Assembly: GCF_009834535.1 (NCBI RefSeq)
Contig: NC_045697.1
Location: 35,590,001-35,654,000 of the forward strand
Length of the DNA: 64,000 bases
Direction of reading: 5' to 3'
From: Camelus ferus
Lineage: Eukaryota
Positions 1-12,311 of this stretch are shown here, one piece after another (within the stretch, counting starts at the first letter, position 1; each line of letters opens with the position of its first letter). The position numbers were made by a program, and so were the translations under genes. The notes below the pieces were generated by a model, which worked only from the letters and a program-made list of their open reading frames with translations, had not been told where the DNA came from and made no database searches.

Positions 1-726
1 TCTAGCCAGAGTAAAAGGCTGTAAAGCGGGGAACTGAAGTTCACTGTGGTAAGGGCAGGAGTGAAACAGCAATGGACCAGGAGCTGCTTGTTCAGCGAGG
101 AAGGAATGGAGGTAGCTGTTCAGGCTGTGGGTTCCGATGTTCTGATCACGTCAGCAACATCACTCATCACTCATCAGATATCATTGGACCCTTCAGTTTG
201 CCATGGATACTAGTGGCCCGACAACTAGTACAAACATGAGAAAGGCAAAGCCATTTATAACAAAACTCTTTTAAAGTCTTTTTAAGAGAAAAAGATAAGA
301 GGATGAGACAAAGAAAGAAATGGCAGCAACAGAAATCAGTGCTACAACAGAGCTAGTCACCAGGTACTGTTTCCCAGGAATGGAAAATAAACCAGCAGCT
401 CCCCCTCTGCTACAGTAAGTTCAGCCCATCCAGACTGCTTACCATGCCTGTAGGGCCCTCCAGGATCTGTCCTGCCAACCTCTCTGACCACCTACCTGCT
501 GCCCCGTGCACCTGCTTCATGTCGCAAGGTTGCCAAACTTGTTTGGGCCATCGGCTTTTGCCCTTGCTGTTCCCGCAGCCCCACATGCTCTTTCTCTAGT
601 GCTTTGCATCCGGGACTTACCTCCAATGTCTCCTCCTCAGAAAGGCCTCCCTGACTGCCACCCTCATTCATTTCTTTGTCACATCATTAAGTCTTCAGAT
701 TAGAGCTAATCACGATCTAAAAGCCA

Positions 727-950
727 GTACAGTTTAGTAGTTAAGAGTGTGGGCTCTGGAAGCAGGTCTCAGTTCTGACTTTTTACTAGCTAAATAACCT
801 TGGGCACATTATTTAACCTCTCTGGGTCTCAGTTTTCTCTTCTGAAAATGGGGATGACGACAATGATACTCCTGTCCCCTAGAGTAATATTGCGGGGATT
901 AACTGAGTTTATGTACATAAAGCATTAACAGTGCCTGGCACTTAGAGGCT
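727..950 (+). mobile_element. MIR SINE
   Basis: core accttgggcacattatttaacctctctgggtctcagttttctcttctgaaaatgggg ... acagtgcctggcac. Confidence 0.85.
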
Positions 951-1874
951 ATGTAATAAAGCCAAAGTGGGTGAATCATCTAATTTTCATTCATCCTTCC
1001 AATATGTGTTGAGTTTGAATAGAAGAGATGCTAGGATGCAGAGCTGGGAATGCAACAATGAACGGACCAGGCACAGCCGCTGTCCACAAGAGCTTACTGC
1101 TCAGTCTGAACCATTTCTCTTGCTGACACAGATCTGCATTTTACTTATAGACTTTTGCCTAGAGGTCATCTAAACTTTTCTTCTTCGTTCTAGTTTCTAT
1201 CCCCCACTTCCTGTCTTGGGCTTCCTAGTGCCTCATTATGGCTTCATGTGACACATGAATCTATGTGTTTTTACACCCACACGATTTGTTACTTGTAGTT
1301 GTGTTTGTTCCTTTAGAGTTAGAATTAATTAAAGATTTGGCTAACGAAGGAAATGGTAAAAGGTTACCAACGAGATGACAAAACTAGAAAAATAGCTGAA
1401 AAGTCTACTTCCCGGCTTCTTCTGTTCTGTTCAAATTGCTTAGAATTTTCCATAACCACTTGAACCAACCAATTCTTTCCCCAAACCTCCCCAATTTCTT
1501 CTCGCCTAGATTGCACTTCCTCTCCAAAGCCTTCCCTAACTTTCTAAGACAACGGGCTCTTTGGTAACCTTGTGCTCATCCCCATAGTATGACTTATTAT
1601 TCCACTGCAGGGTCACTGCTCTCGCCTCTCCTCCACGAGTCTGTATCGCCATATGGCCTGGGCCATCTTTTTTTGTCTTACTCTCCACTGTATCTTCAAC
1701 CCAGCAATACCTTCTTATTGTTAACAAGTAGTGCTCTTTTGTATCTATTGAACTTAGGTAGAGGATAAGAACCAATGAAGTGGGTAAATTAGGAGACAGT
1801 GATTTGTATTGTGTTACAAAAGGAAGAGTCCCTTTATAAAAGAATTTTTTGCAGGGTTCCATTGAGTGTGGAGA

Positions 1875-2227
1875 CAGGGTTATTGCTATAAAAACAGTCC
1901 CCAAATTTCAGTGACTTAGTACCCACAAAAAAACTTTCTTGGTTATGTAATAGTTCAAGTGTTCAGTTAGGAGCCTTCTAAGGCTTGTGGCTCCATTATC
2001 CCTTATGCCTTTGGAGTCCTCTATTGGGTCCTCTGCATTTGGCTAGTAGATGGGGAGAAAGAGAGAGAAGACCATCTCTCAGGACAGACACACATCACTT
2101 CCAATCCCATGGATTGGAACTCGGTTTCATGACCACACCAACTGCCAGGGAAGCTGGGGGAAGCAGTCTAGCTGTGTGCCAGGAGGAGAGGGAATGTGTT
2201 TTGGTGAGCACACAGCAGTCTCTGCCC
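1875..2227 (-). mobile_element. MaLR solo LTR, MLT1J/K-like
   Basis: acacacatcacttcc...caactgccagggaagctggggg...gtctagctgtgtgcc...tggtgagcacacagcagtctctgcc resembles MLT1 consensus as recalled. Confidence 0.65.
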
Positions 2228-2338
2228 TGGGACTGTACCAGAGCCAGGTGGCACTTGTGTAAAGCGAGGTGCCTGCCCACCCACAGTGGGTCCCAGAATT
2301 AGGGAATTGCACTGACATCTACTGTTCTGGCTTTGCAG

Positions 2339-2444
2339 ACGAACTCATGTGATCAAAATCTAAATCACTGCCTCGAACTCATTGAACAAGTTGCCAAAGT
2401 GCAGGGACAACTCTTTGGGATCCTCACCACAACAGCCCAAGAAG
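2339..2444 (+). CDS. SPATA18: SPATA18 exon 2 ([36 protein letters not shown])
   Basis: ctttgcag|ACG ... GAAG|gtgaga; 106 bp, phase 0->1. Confidence 0.95.
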
Positions 2445-2576
2445 GTGAGAATGGCTGGTGTGTCCCCTTCCCCTCTCCTCCCCTCCCCTTCCTTTCCTTT
2501 GTCCCTTCTCTGTGCTCTCTGACTGGACTGGTGTGGTTGGATTTCTCTCACTGACCTGATTTATGGATTCTTCTAG

Positions 2577-2692
2577 GAGGACATTATGATGGTGTGGAAA
2601 CAATCAAATCACGCCTTTTGCCTTGGCTGGAGGCCTCCTTTACTGCTGCTTCCCTGGGAAAACCTGTCGACAGCAAGGTCCCCTCTCTACAG
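2577..2692 (+). CDS. SPATA18: SPATA18 exon 3 (GHYDGVETIKSRLLPWLEASFTAASLGKPVDSKVPSLQ)
   Basis: ttctag|GA ... CAG|gtaggg; 116 bp, phase 1->0. Confidence 0.95.
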
Positions 2693-3744
2693 GTAGGGAT
2701 GCTAAAGGCATCCTAGGTTGTCAGCATCTAATCAGGCTCTGGGAAATCAAACATATGTAATACATGGTTTTTAACTTAGTAAGGGGCTCAACTCTAGTCA
2801 GGGAATTGGGACCCAGGTATAAAATATGAGTCTCTATACATACAGTAGTAGATGGCATAATGGATTGAGTTTTCTCTTAAGACTGATCGGTATTAACATC
2901 TCAGCCTTCCTTGCTTATTGGTGGTATGACTTTAGGCAACTCAGTGAGCCTCTGCTTCCTCAGCTGTGAAAAGGGCCTGGTGGTAGTCTGCATCTGGGAC
3001 ATTGCTGGGCCCACTCTAGAGGTTAAAAAGTAACTTTGAAATGACAAGTTAGTCATCCAGATGGGGTACCACGGAGAGGTCAGAAGAGAAAGAGATTGTT
3101 AGATGGAGGAAAGCTCTGTATTCTGAAAGAGTTTAAAAAAATAAAACTAATAGGAAACTTCTAAGATAAGAAGAAAACTCAATTCTGGTAGACTGATAAA
3201 GAGGGTCATAATTTGTGGTTGATATTGATGATTTCCAGGGGACAGTGGCAGTGTTTTAACAGTTGAGGACCAGGCTGGAAAGAGAAAACGTACTTTGGTT
3301 AAGGCACTGGCATCATTATGGTTATGGCATGGCATCAGTGTTTGGATGGATTTACATAAATCCCTCCAAAAATTGAAGCATTTAGAGCAAGCTGTTCTAA
3401 GCAAGAGAGCCTTATGAAGGCAGTGGCTGAAGGATTCCTGGTTAGAGATCACTGCGAAGAATGCTAATCCACCCTCTATGGTCCGGGGGTAGTTTGTCTA
3501 ACCTGTTAGGTCTCAGTTTCCTCATCTGCTAAGTGGGGACAATGCTTCTGCTGAACTAACAGGGTCATTGTGACAGTTAAATATGATAAACATGGGAAAC
3601 AATTTACATGAGGTAAGTGTTCCATAGACGTAAGTCGTTATTAAACCAACTTTTTGACATAAGAATTTTCATATACTTCTTAGATTTTTACCCCCTGTAG
3701 GTGTTATTCTGAGTATAAAGATGTAAGATATTTCAATGTCTTTT

Positions 3745-4070
3745 AAAAAAAATCTGAGGTATAATTTACTTTCAGTGAAAACCATAGATTGATGAATTTT
3801 TACAAATGGATATATCCATGTAACACACCTCTACGAAGATGAGAAGTGTTTGCATCTCTTTGGAGCATCCTCTTGTGCCACTTCCCAGTCCCCTCCCTCC
3901 ACCCGCAGGTCAACCACTCCTGATTTTTATCACTCTCGGTTAATTTTGCCTGCACCAAACTTCATGTAAATGGAACTATACATTATGTGCTCTTTGGGGC
4001 TTGACTTCTTTTGCCCAGCATGATGTTTTTGCAATCTGTCCACATGGTTTCATGTGTTGAGACTACCTTT
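3745..4070 (-). mobile_element. Old L1M 3' UTR fragment
   Basis: gaggtataatttac...aaacttcatgtaaatggaactatacattatgtgctcttt...cttcttttgcccagcatgatgttttt. Confidence 0.7.
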
Positions 4071-4090
4071 TGATTTGTGTGTCTTTCCAG

Positions 4091-4203
4091 GACACGTTTG
4101 ATAAGGAGAGACACAAAGAGTCTGGTTTTCGGGATCGGGACTTACAACAATTAGACTCTGACTTGAACTCAACACGTAGTCAACTCAACCAGGTTCAAGA
4201 CGA
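4091..4203 (+). CDS. SPATA18: SPATA18 exon 4 (DTFDKERHKESGFRDRDLQQLDSDLNSTRSQLNQVQD-D)
   Basis: ctttccag|GAC ... GA|gtaaga; 113 bp, phase 0->2. Confidence 0.95.
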
Positions 4204-4323
4204 GTAAGAGGAATGCAAGTTATCTTCTTCCCAAAAGAATTGCTTGTTCTTAACTTAATTGTTAAGTTTGAAAGGAGAATAGTGGCTCATGGAAAATGTA
4301 GACGTTTGTAAATAAGTAATATG

Positions 4324-4353
4324 ATGTGTGTGTGTGTGTGTATGTGTGTGTGT
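4324..4353. repeat. (TG)n microsatellite
   Basis: visible, with one interruption. Confidence 0.9.
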
Positions 4354-6339
4354 TGGGAGTCAGTGTCTTTGAATTTGGGAACAGGATTTCTATATTATAT
4401 GATGATCCCTAAGACCCTGGTTCCCTTGGCTCCATTTCTGCGGCCATTTCTTCTCCATACCCACTATCAGCCCATATTTATAAAAGAGAAAGATCGTTGC
4501 ATCGATAAGCTATCTTGAGGGAGGAAAAAGGAAAAGATGCAGAAGGGGGAGTGTTAAAGAGGGTGAAAGATCAGGTAAAGAGGAAAACTAAGAGAAATAC
4601 AGCAAAAGTAAGACGAAGCAGGCTGCATCTCTCCATCGATTGTCTCTGATGGGGGTAGATACGCCTGATCAAGAACAAATCAAAATTTTGGAATAACTGT
4701 TAGATATAAAAAAAATATATTTCAAAACAGTTAAGCAATACCAGGCATGGATGTCAGATGTATGCTACATGCAAAGACAGGGCAGCAAGCTCCAGGAATC
4801 ACTGCAAAGAAAATTGCAAACTTTGGGTTTGGACTTGAGGCAGATAGACAAATGTGATACAACTGCTTTCAACATATGTCACAAAAGTCCGTCAGCAAGA
4901 TGTTTCTCCTGCCACGGCTCTGCCCCAACGCTGACGTGGAGAGGACAGCCAGGGCTTCTTTTTTAACTAGTCACGGCTTGTGATGGAAGAGGGTGTGGCA
5001 TTTGGCCTTGTTCTCTGAAGAGATTTCCTTCTAAGGAAAACATCTTAATGGATTGATTTATTATAAAAGTAGTGCACATTTCCTTCTCAAAATGCATATA
5101 ACAAATAAAAGCATAAAGATGAAAATCATCCATTATCTCATGCCTGTTAACATTTTGGCGTATTTTACTCCAGACATTTTTCCTTGTGTGTGGGAGCATG
5201 TGTACACGCACACACACACAGAGTTACTTCTACACACCCTCATTCATTTTTCCAATTGGAGCCATGGTCAATGGGTGGTTTAATAGCAGCAGCAGTCAAG
5301 ATTTATAAATGTGATGTGCAAAAAGCATAATTCCTCTGAAGTTCTATGACTTATTTCAATGAATGTCACCTGATTTGGAGAGGGCTAAGGAGGATCTTTA
5401 AATCTGCCACTTCTTTTTGGGTCTAGCAGAGTTCCTTTTGTGTATATATTCCATTAATTCCAAGCTCAAACTTCTGTTAGAGGCTGTGTTTGCCCTCCCA
5501 AGGGGCTTCATTGCCCTTCTCCTTCCATAGACTGGCATCTATTGGTGGAGAATGCTTGCACGCTCTCCGGGTGCTGGAGGAGAGGGACTCTTGGTCTGGT
5601 GCTGCCCTCTGGGTTCTTGCTGCCTCCGTTCCACCTGAGCACTAACGTCTTGTGCTGATGGGTGCTGAGTTGTAGCTTGTCTGGTTGAGTTTCCTGGGGA
5701 CATTCAGTGACCCCTGCTGCTGTCTCCATTTGCCTCTGCTTGTCAGGCAAAGCTTCGAGACCTTGCTGGTTCTTGACTTCAATCAGCACCCACAGGAGCC
5801 AGGAATTCCTACCTTCCTCTCCTGTCACTGTGGCTCTGTAGTTACCCACCAGGGGCATCATGGACCCAAAACTATGACTGCATGCTTTTTTTTTTTTTAA
5901 ACCACCCATCATTTGAAAGTTGCACACAGGAAGTTACTTGTTGCTTTTCCTTGAATTTCCTACTTTGGTTTTGGGTTGCTTTTAACCCATGTGTGGTTCA
6001 TTTTCTATTTTTTAAGGCATCAGAAGTGATGGAGGCTATTCCCCATGTTCTATAGTGGCCAGATCTCTCCTCCTTCTCCTACTCAGCCTACCTGTCTCTA
6101 AAGCCAGGGTGCTACCTACTGTAGAATGAGTTGCCCACCCAAGGAGGTTCCCATGTCTAACCTCGTGGAGACCAGTTTGGCTGTGACTCAGTTCCAAAGA
6201 TGCAGATTTCGGTAGAGTGCTGAATGGGGACAGGTCTGTGTAGGTGGGACAAACCCTAGACAAGGGTAGACCACTGGATTTTGTGTCTGGACCTGGTTAG
6301 AAATCTCACTTGTCTTCATTTCCTATATCTGATCTATAA

Positions 6340-7063
6340 GAACATCCAATGGAATCTACCTCCTAAACGTCTCCCACACACATTCCTTACTTTCTATTCT
6401 CCCACCATTGCCCTTGGTCAAGCCTCTGTTACCTCTTGTCTTAACCAATTTTCCAGCTGGCTTCCCTGTTTCAGTTTTTGCTCTAGTACAATCCACTTTC
6501 TACATTGCAAATATAGATATCTTTGTGCCGTGTCAAGTCATCCCCTGGCTTAAAAGCTGTTAGGAGCTTCCTTCTATACTTAGACAAAATTTCTAAATTC
6601 TTTCCCAGGATTCTCCCAGCCCTGCGTTACCTGGTCCTACCGCGCCCTCCACCCTCATCCCCGGCCCAGCTACCCTCACCCAGTTGACCGTCTACTTCCT
6701 CACCTTGAGGCCCTTGCGCATGCGCTTTCAGAAAAACGGAAGCCTTCCGCCGGCTCTTGGCATGGCTGCCTTTTTCTGGTCCTTCAGGTCTCCGTTTAGC
6801 GTGACTTCCTCAGAGTCTGTGACCACTATACGTTGAACGATCTTTCCTCTTCCCTTCCTTTAATTTCTTTCACTATAATTTAAGAACTGCATTTACAACA
6901 ATTTGGAACCTTGAAAAATTTGCCTATTTATGACCCACTAGACCGGAAGCTCTGAAGGATTACCGTTCTGGGATGCTGTCCTGACACTGTTGTTATCTCC
7001 AGCCCCCAGCATCATGCCTGGCACCTAGTGAATTCTCAATAATTTGTTCAATGGATGAATAAA
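6340..7063 (+). mobile_element. L2 LINE 3' portion
   Basis: L2-type motifs ending in ccagcatcatgcctggcacctagtgaattctcaataatttgttcaatggatgaataaa. Confidence 0.8.
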
Positions 7064-7440
7064 TCCATAATAAAAAATAAATAAAATATGTTAGCCTGCT
7101 AAAAACAATGCTTGTCACATGAATATACCCCCTTTCTCTCTGTCACCCAAGGGGGCCAAATTAGCATAGATGTTTGCTTGTATGTATATGTGCTCACACA
7201 CGTATGCCATGCTTTGAGAGAAAAAAAAAGATTACTATTCATTCTCTTCTTATTTTCCTGATCTATTTTCTTCTTTTAATTTTCCACAATTTTCTTGATA
7301 AAAATGCTCATTTTCCAATATACACTTTAAAAAACTATAACATATTCACATTGCAATTAAATCACAGCAATTTCCCTTCAACCTCCAGTAGCCCTATCAT
7401 GAAGTTATTGCTACTTTGGTTTTCTTTTAGACTTGAGACA

Positions 7441-7560
7441 TTTCATTCATTCATGCATTCATTTTTCAGGTTAAAAAAAACTATATGATAAGCATTGTTT
7501 TAGGTGCTGGGGATAAAGAGATGAATAAAGTAAAGTCTTTGCCTTCAAGTAGTTCACAGT
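7441..7560 (-). mobile_element. L2 3' end fragment
   Basis: ttcattcattcatgcattc...gcattgttttaggtgctggggata...tttgccttcaagtagttcacagt. Confidence 0.7.
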
Positions 7561-8729
7561 GTGTGTGTAATGAGATTGTAAATATGAACACGTGTTGGAG
7601 GAGCTCAGAAGGGGAGGCAAGCTTTGTGTGGCCTTTGGAGAGGCACTCATTGGATGAGTGGGCATTTGTTAGAGGAGGAGAAGAGGATGAGATGGAATTT
7701 GGGAAACTCACACTATCTCTTGTATTGTCTGATTGGCTGGGATCTGTGGGGATTTGATAGAGATCCTGCTAGTCCATTATTTCTCAATCTGCCTCACTCT
7801 GTAGGGGAGACCAGTGTTCAACCTGCCCTTTTTCCATCCCAGTGTAAGGAGGACGACTGGTGTGAGTTTGGATAGCAGCCATTATCTTTTAGCCTCAGAA
7901 CTACTGTGCCTGGGTGTTCCCTCAAGGATGTAGGGTCAGAGAAGTCAAGAAACCTTTACCAACCCATGATCTGTCACCATACTAGGATAACTTCCTTGAG
8001 AACTATTGGTCTTCATTCATTATCATCCATCACCTCATTTTTTTTTTCTAATTTAGAGAAACCTAAAGAAATAGTATGGTTTATTATGATTTGCCTATAA
8101 TGAAGAGAGTCCTTGAAACTAACAGTGACCAAACTAGGTTGAAAACTGAGGAAAATTGTGCTCAATTAGTTGTGGAAGTTAGAGGCAGAAAGATGCGAAA
8201 TACTTGGTAGTCAAGTGTAGGAGTGGATGACTTTATAGGCAGGAAAATAATTTTTTTATATTCAGTAAGTCTGGGAAAATTAAGTCAAATGCAGTTCTAC
8301 AGTGCATAGTAATAAGAATAGATTATTAGTTTATTACAGAAAAATGGAAATTTTATATAGAGAGACAACCTGGGGATTTTATGTGATTACAGCAGATGAA
8401 GTAGAAGGGTGAGAAAGAAGAAACTGAACAAGTTTCTTTGTCCTTTACTTTCTAATATCAATAATTATTACATAGCCTTTTAGGGATAGTAGCTCTGTTT
8501 TCTTTGTGTTTGACATCAAGAAAAGATGCAAGATGCTAGCATGTTTTTGCATACCAGTGCTCCATAATATTTGTAATATCATCTGATTGTATGCAGATGT
8601 CTTATAATTTGATCTTGTTTATGTTGAATTTATATCATATGGCAAAAGCTCCCGAGAGAACCTATGCTTTGATTTAGAAGGTCTGCCAATTTTGGAAAAT
8701 CTGTCTTTAGTTACTGATTTCTCTTACAG

Positions 8730-8825
8730 TCTGGCTGAAACTGAAAAGACTCTTGAAGAAACCAAGAACAGATCGGCCATATCCCTTTTGGCTGCAGAGG
8801 AGGAAATAAATCAGCTAAGAAAGCA
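8730..8825 (+). CDS. SPATA18: SPATA18 exon 5 (LAETEKTLEETKNRSAISLLAAEEEINQLRK-Q), coiled coil
   Basis: cttacag|T ... CA|gtaaga; 96 bp, phase 2->2. Confidence 0.94.
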
Positions 8826-10416
8826 GTAAGAAAAAAAAATGACAGGATTATTGCAGCCTGCTGATTAATCTTTGAATTTAGCTTTTTTGGGTGCTCCATT
8901 ACAATATGAAAGAAGCTGTTCACAATCAAAGAAGAAAGACAGCAATATTTTTATTAGTGTTTTATATATTTTTCTTACTACAAAAACAATACCTATCTAC
9001 TACAGAAAATCTTCAAAGCCCAACATAGTAGAAAGAAACCTAAAACCCCTCATAATTTCAGAGTCAGTTACTGTCACCATTTGATATTTCTTCTAATTTG
9101 TACACTAAAAATTAATGTCTTAACGTTAAAGTTAAGACAACAAAATATGAGTATAAATTTTAGACTCTTTTTTTCATTTAACACTATTTAAACAAGAATA
9201 AAGCAGAGCTTGATTTTTAAATAGGTACATCATATTTCCGCATTTGGGTATTTCTCTAACACTGAATAGTTACTTTGATGCCAATTTTCAACATTGGAAA
9301 TAACATTGTGATAATTTTTGTGGCAAATCTTAGTTTAAATTTCAGATTATTCTTTAAAGATAAATTTCTGGAAGGGAAAAAAATACTGATCCTTTAAGGT
9401 TATACTTTTCTTAATCTTAACTTTTATCTTTCCCTTAAAAAAGAGCAAATGGGAGTTGTAATAAAATACATACATATATATTTAATAGAAAATACCTTTC
9501 TATTGCCTTTATACATGTTCTAAGTATTCTGATTTCTTCCAGAACACCCATAAATTTTAGCTTGGAGTGATGTTCTGCTTTCCACTTCTAACTCCCCTCT
9601 CATCATCATTTTACCCTCTTATCTCCTGTTTGATATAGCACTTCAAATTCTTTAATCATATTACTCAGCAATTCCCTATAGCACCAATTCTGTTCTTCAC
9701 TATTTCTAGCGCAGCTTTTAATTCTGCTATTGCATTTTTAGCTTTTCTACATCCTTCTTAATCTTACCCCTTCCCTTGTCTTCTTACACCATTGTCATTT
9801 TCATCACAGCATGTTCTCTTATGGCTTTTGCTCCCTTTTACCATGGCTATGTCTCTTTGTATTAATGAGGATGCCAATTTTGTTTATAAAGCTTTGCTTG
9901 TTTCCGTAGTACCTTATTTTTGTAAGTCCACATGTCTGCCTATTATTGTGGATGTAATTCAGTTTCCATTGTAGGTCCCCCGCCCCAATATCCCACTGGT
10001 TCAGCGAATCTGAGTGTGTGAGAATAGGTTATATCTTTGACCAGCTTCTGGACTAGATTTTGGAGGTCACATGCTTTCAGAAGTCTTGCACAGTGAAGCA
10101 GTCCAATACAGAATAGGATGACTCTGCTTTGACTCTGCCCGCTCTGCTTTGGCTAGAGGATTTGCACTCCTGCCTTTTCTTCAGGAGGCTTTTCCCATGT
10201 AACTGCAGACATGAAGTGGCATCCTGACCCTGACAATTCTGCTCTTTCTCAATTTGTGTTGGTTTCTATGCATTTCCATCGAGCTGCAGTGCAGGAATGG
10301 CAGGCTAAGTAGAGTAGACTCGTTAAGTATGCCAATTGAGGTTTGTTACTGTTCCTCCCTCCCTCCCTCCCTCCCTCTCTTTTCTTTCAAACATTTTTTT
10401 TGTTGTTGTTGTTCAG

Positions 10417-10656
10417 GCTTAAATCTCTTCAAGCCCAGGAGGACTCCCGCCACAGACACTCAGAGCATAGGAGCTCAGGGAAGCGGGGCTCCGAGCGTAA
10501 GAGAGTGGAGCTGCGGGACTCGGAGCCGATGGGCGCCGACAGACGGAATGTAGACCAGCGCAACGCAGAAACGATAAACAATTATGAGAAACAGCTCCGA
10601 ACGCTGAAGGACGAGATAGCTGTTCTGTCTGCTGAAAAATCTATACTCCAAGGAAG
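10417..10656 (+). CDS. SPATA18: SPATA18 exon 6 ([13 protein letters not shown]...[24 protein letters not shown])
   Basis: gttcag|G ... AAG|gtctga; 240 bp, phase 2->2; inside ORF 10343..10708. Confidence 0.93.
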
Positions 10657-11368
10657 GTCTGACAAATTCTCACAGATCTCTTCATTTAAGCCCCTTTTGC
10701 TGAGTTAGTGATAAAAACTTGGCTTGGGAAAAAAAGTAAAATGACTTCCTGAACCCAAACCCCAACATTAGGGAAGCTTTGAATTGTAAAGGGATTGTTT
10801 TCTTTAACTGCACCTTTCCAGAGAGAAAACACTGCCTAGATTGACAATACTTGGGCACTAGTTAATTTCAGGTTGATATTGAAGTTTAAGGAATGAAACT
10901 GAGACATGCAAAGGAAAGTTCTTTGGCTTGATACTAGATTTGAGCACTTTATGATGCAAAAGGTGGTACCCATGTTGAAAGACTGTTCCATCATATGAGG
11001 GTCCTGTTCTCTGAGGCCTAGGAGTCCTCTCTCCAGGGATGATCAACTGTCATTTTACTGTAGGATATTTCCCTTTTTAAAAATCTCACTTTGTTTGATA
11101 GTGTAGGTAAGTGTTCTTGTGAAATTCCCTTCTATTGATGGACAGAATGTTAAGACAGGTCATTCATTCAGTGTTAAGTGAGGACAAAGCAGGATGTTTC
11201 TCTTTGGAGTCTCTGCATTTTCCTGGTTCTTTCTAACACCTTCCCTCTTCCCCTACCCTCCCAGCCCCACAGTGTGCCCCGATTCAGGCTATCAAAACCA
11301 CTCCTACTCCTCCTGGCCTCCAATCCCCTAAATGTCACCTAAGTCTTTCATTTTTGGAAATAACCCCA

Positions 11369-11580
11369 TCAGTGTTGTGCTGGTGCCAGCTTGTACTGGC
11401 TTCTGAGAACTGATTCTGGGCATTTCTACCTAACTCTGAGTTCAGTGATACCACATTGGTAGTTTGAAATTGGCTATGTTGGGAGTATTTGTTGCACCAT
11501 GGAAATTGGCAAACGCTGTATATGAGGGTTTTTTTTTTTTCCCCTCCCACCTTCAGAGAGTCTGATTTGCACTACCTTTT
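11369..11580 (+). mobile_element. hAT MITE, MER63A-like
   Basis: cagtgttgtgctggtgccagcttgtactggc...gttcagtgataccacattggtagtttgaaattggc...ccatggaaattggcaaacgc. Confidence 0.7.
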
Positions 11581-11939
11581 GCCCCATAGTTTCTTCTATG
11601 AAACTCCCCGTTTTGACAGCCCCTTCCTTCTGGGCTAGCTAGTCTGACAATTCCCTTTGTACGTGGTAGGAGTATACGTTTCACTGACACAGTGCTTTGT
11701 GATTCACTAAGTACTTCCACATATATTAGCTCACTTGACCTTTCACTACTATCCTGAAATCGGGCAAACATTATGTAGGTGAAAATGGGGTATCTGGAGA
11801 GGAGAAATGATTGCAAATGGTCCCACTGCTCTGGAAGGAGAGCACAGATTTTCTTTCTCATTGTTCAAGCAGCATTTATCTCATTTTATACCATAAAGCT
11901 CAGTGATGTGTTAGTAGCCCAAAGTTAGGGTAAGAAATA

Positions 11940-12135
11940 CTGAAAATCTGACTTCTGTACCTCTGGCTCTTGCTAGCTGTGTTACTCTAGGGTGGCCCCC
12001 TTAACTCTTCTGAGCCTCAAGTTTCTCATCTGTAAAATGGCCAACAATCAATGCTCACCTTAGAGGGTTGCTTGAAGGATACGTTGATGTGCTGAGTGAA
12101 TGAAAGTGTGTTATAAATTCTAATGCACCAGGCGA
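11940..12135 (+). mobile_element. MIR SINE
   Basis: cttaactcttctgagcctcaagtttctcatctgtaaaatgg. Confidence 0.75.
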
Positions 12136-12311
12136 ATGCAGAGTATTGTTTCTTGTTTGCGATCCTATCTGAGACCTTGTGAAGACCAAGGAGGCGTACT
12201 CTCCTTGCTCCCATGGCTTCTGGCTTATGAGGGGCGAAGTATCGAAAAGTCCAAGAACGGGAGAGAGAAGGGAATCAGAGATCTTCCTGCCTGATTCTTG
12301 CTCACCCACAG

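Noticed and set aside
222..241. p53-like tandem half-sites CAACTAGTAC AAACATGAGA in intron 1 (SPATA18 is a known p53 target)
   Set aside because: Five mismatches to 2x RRRCWWGYYY; too weak to call.
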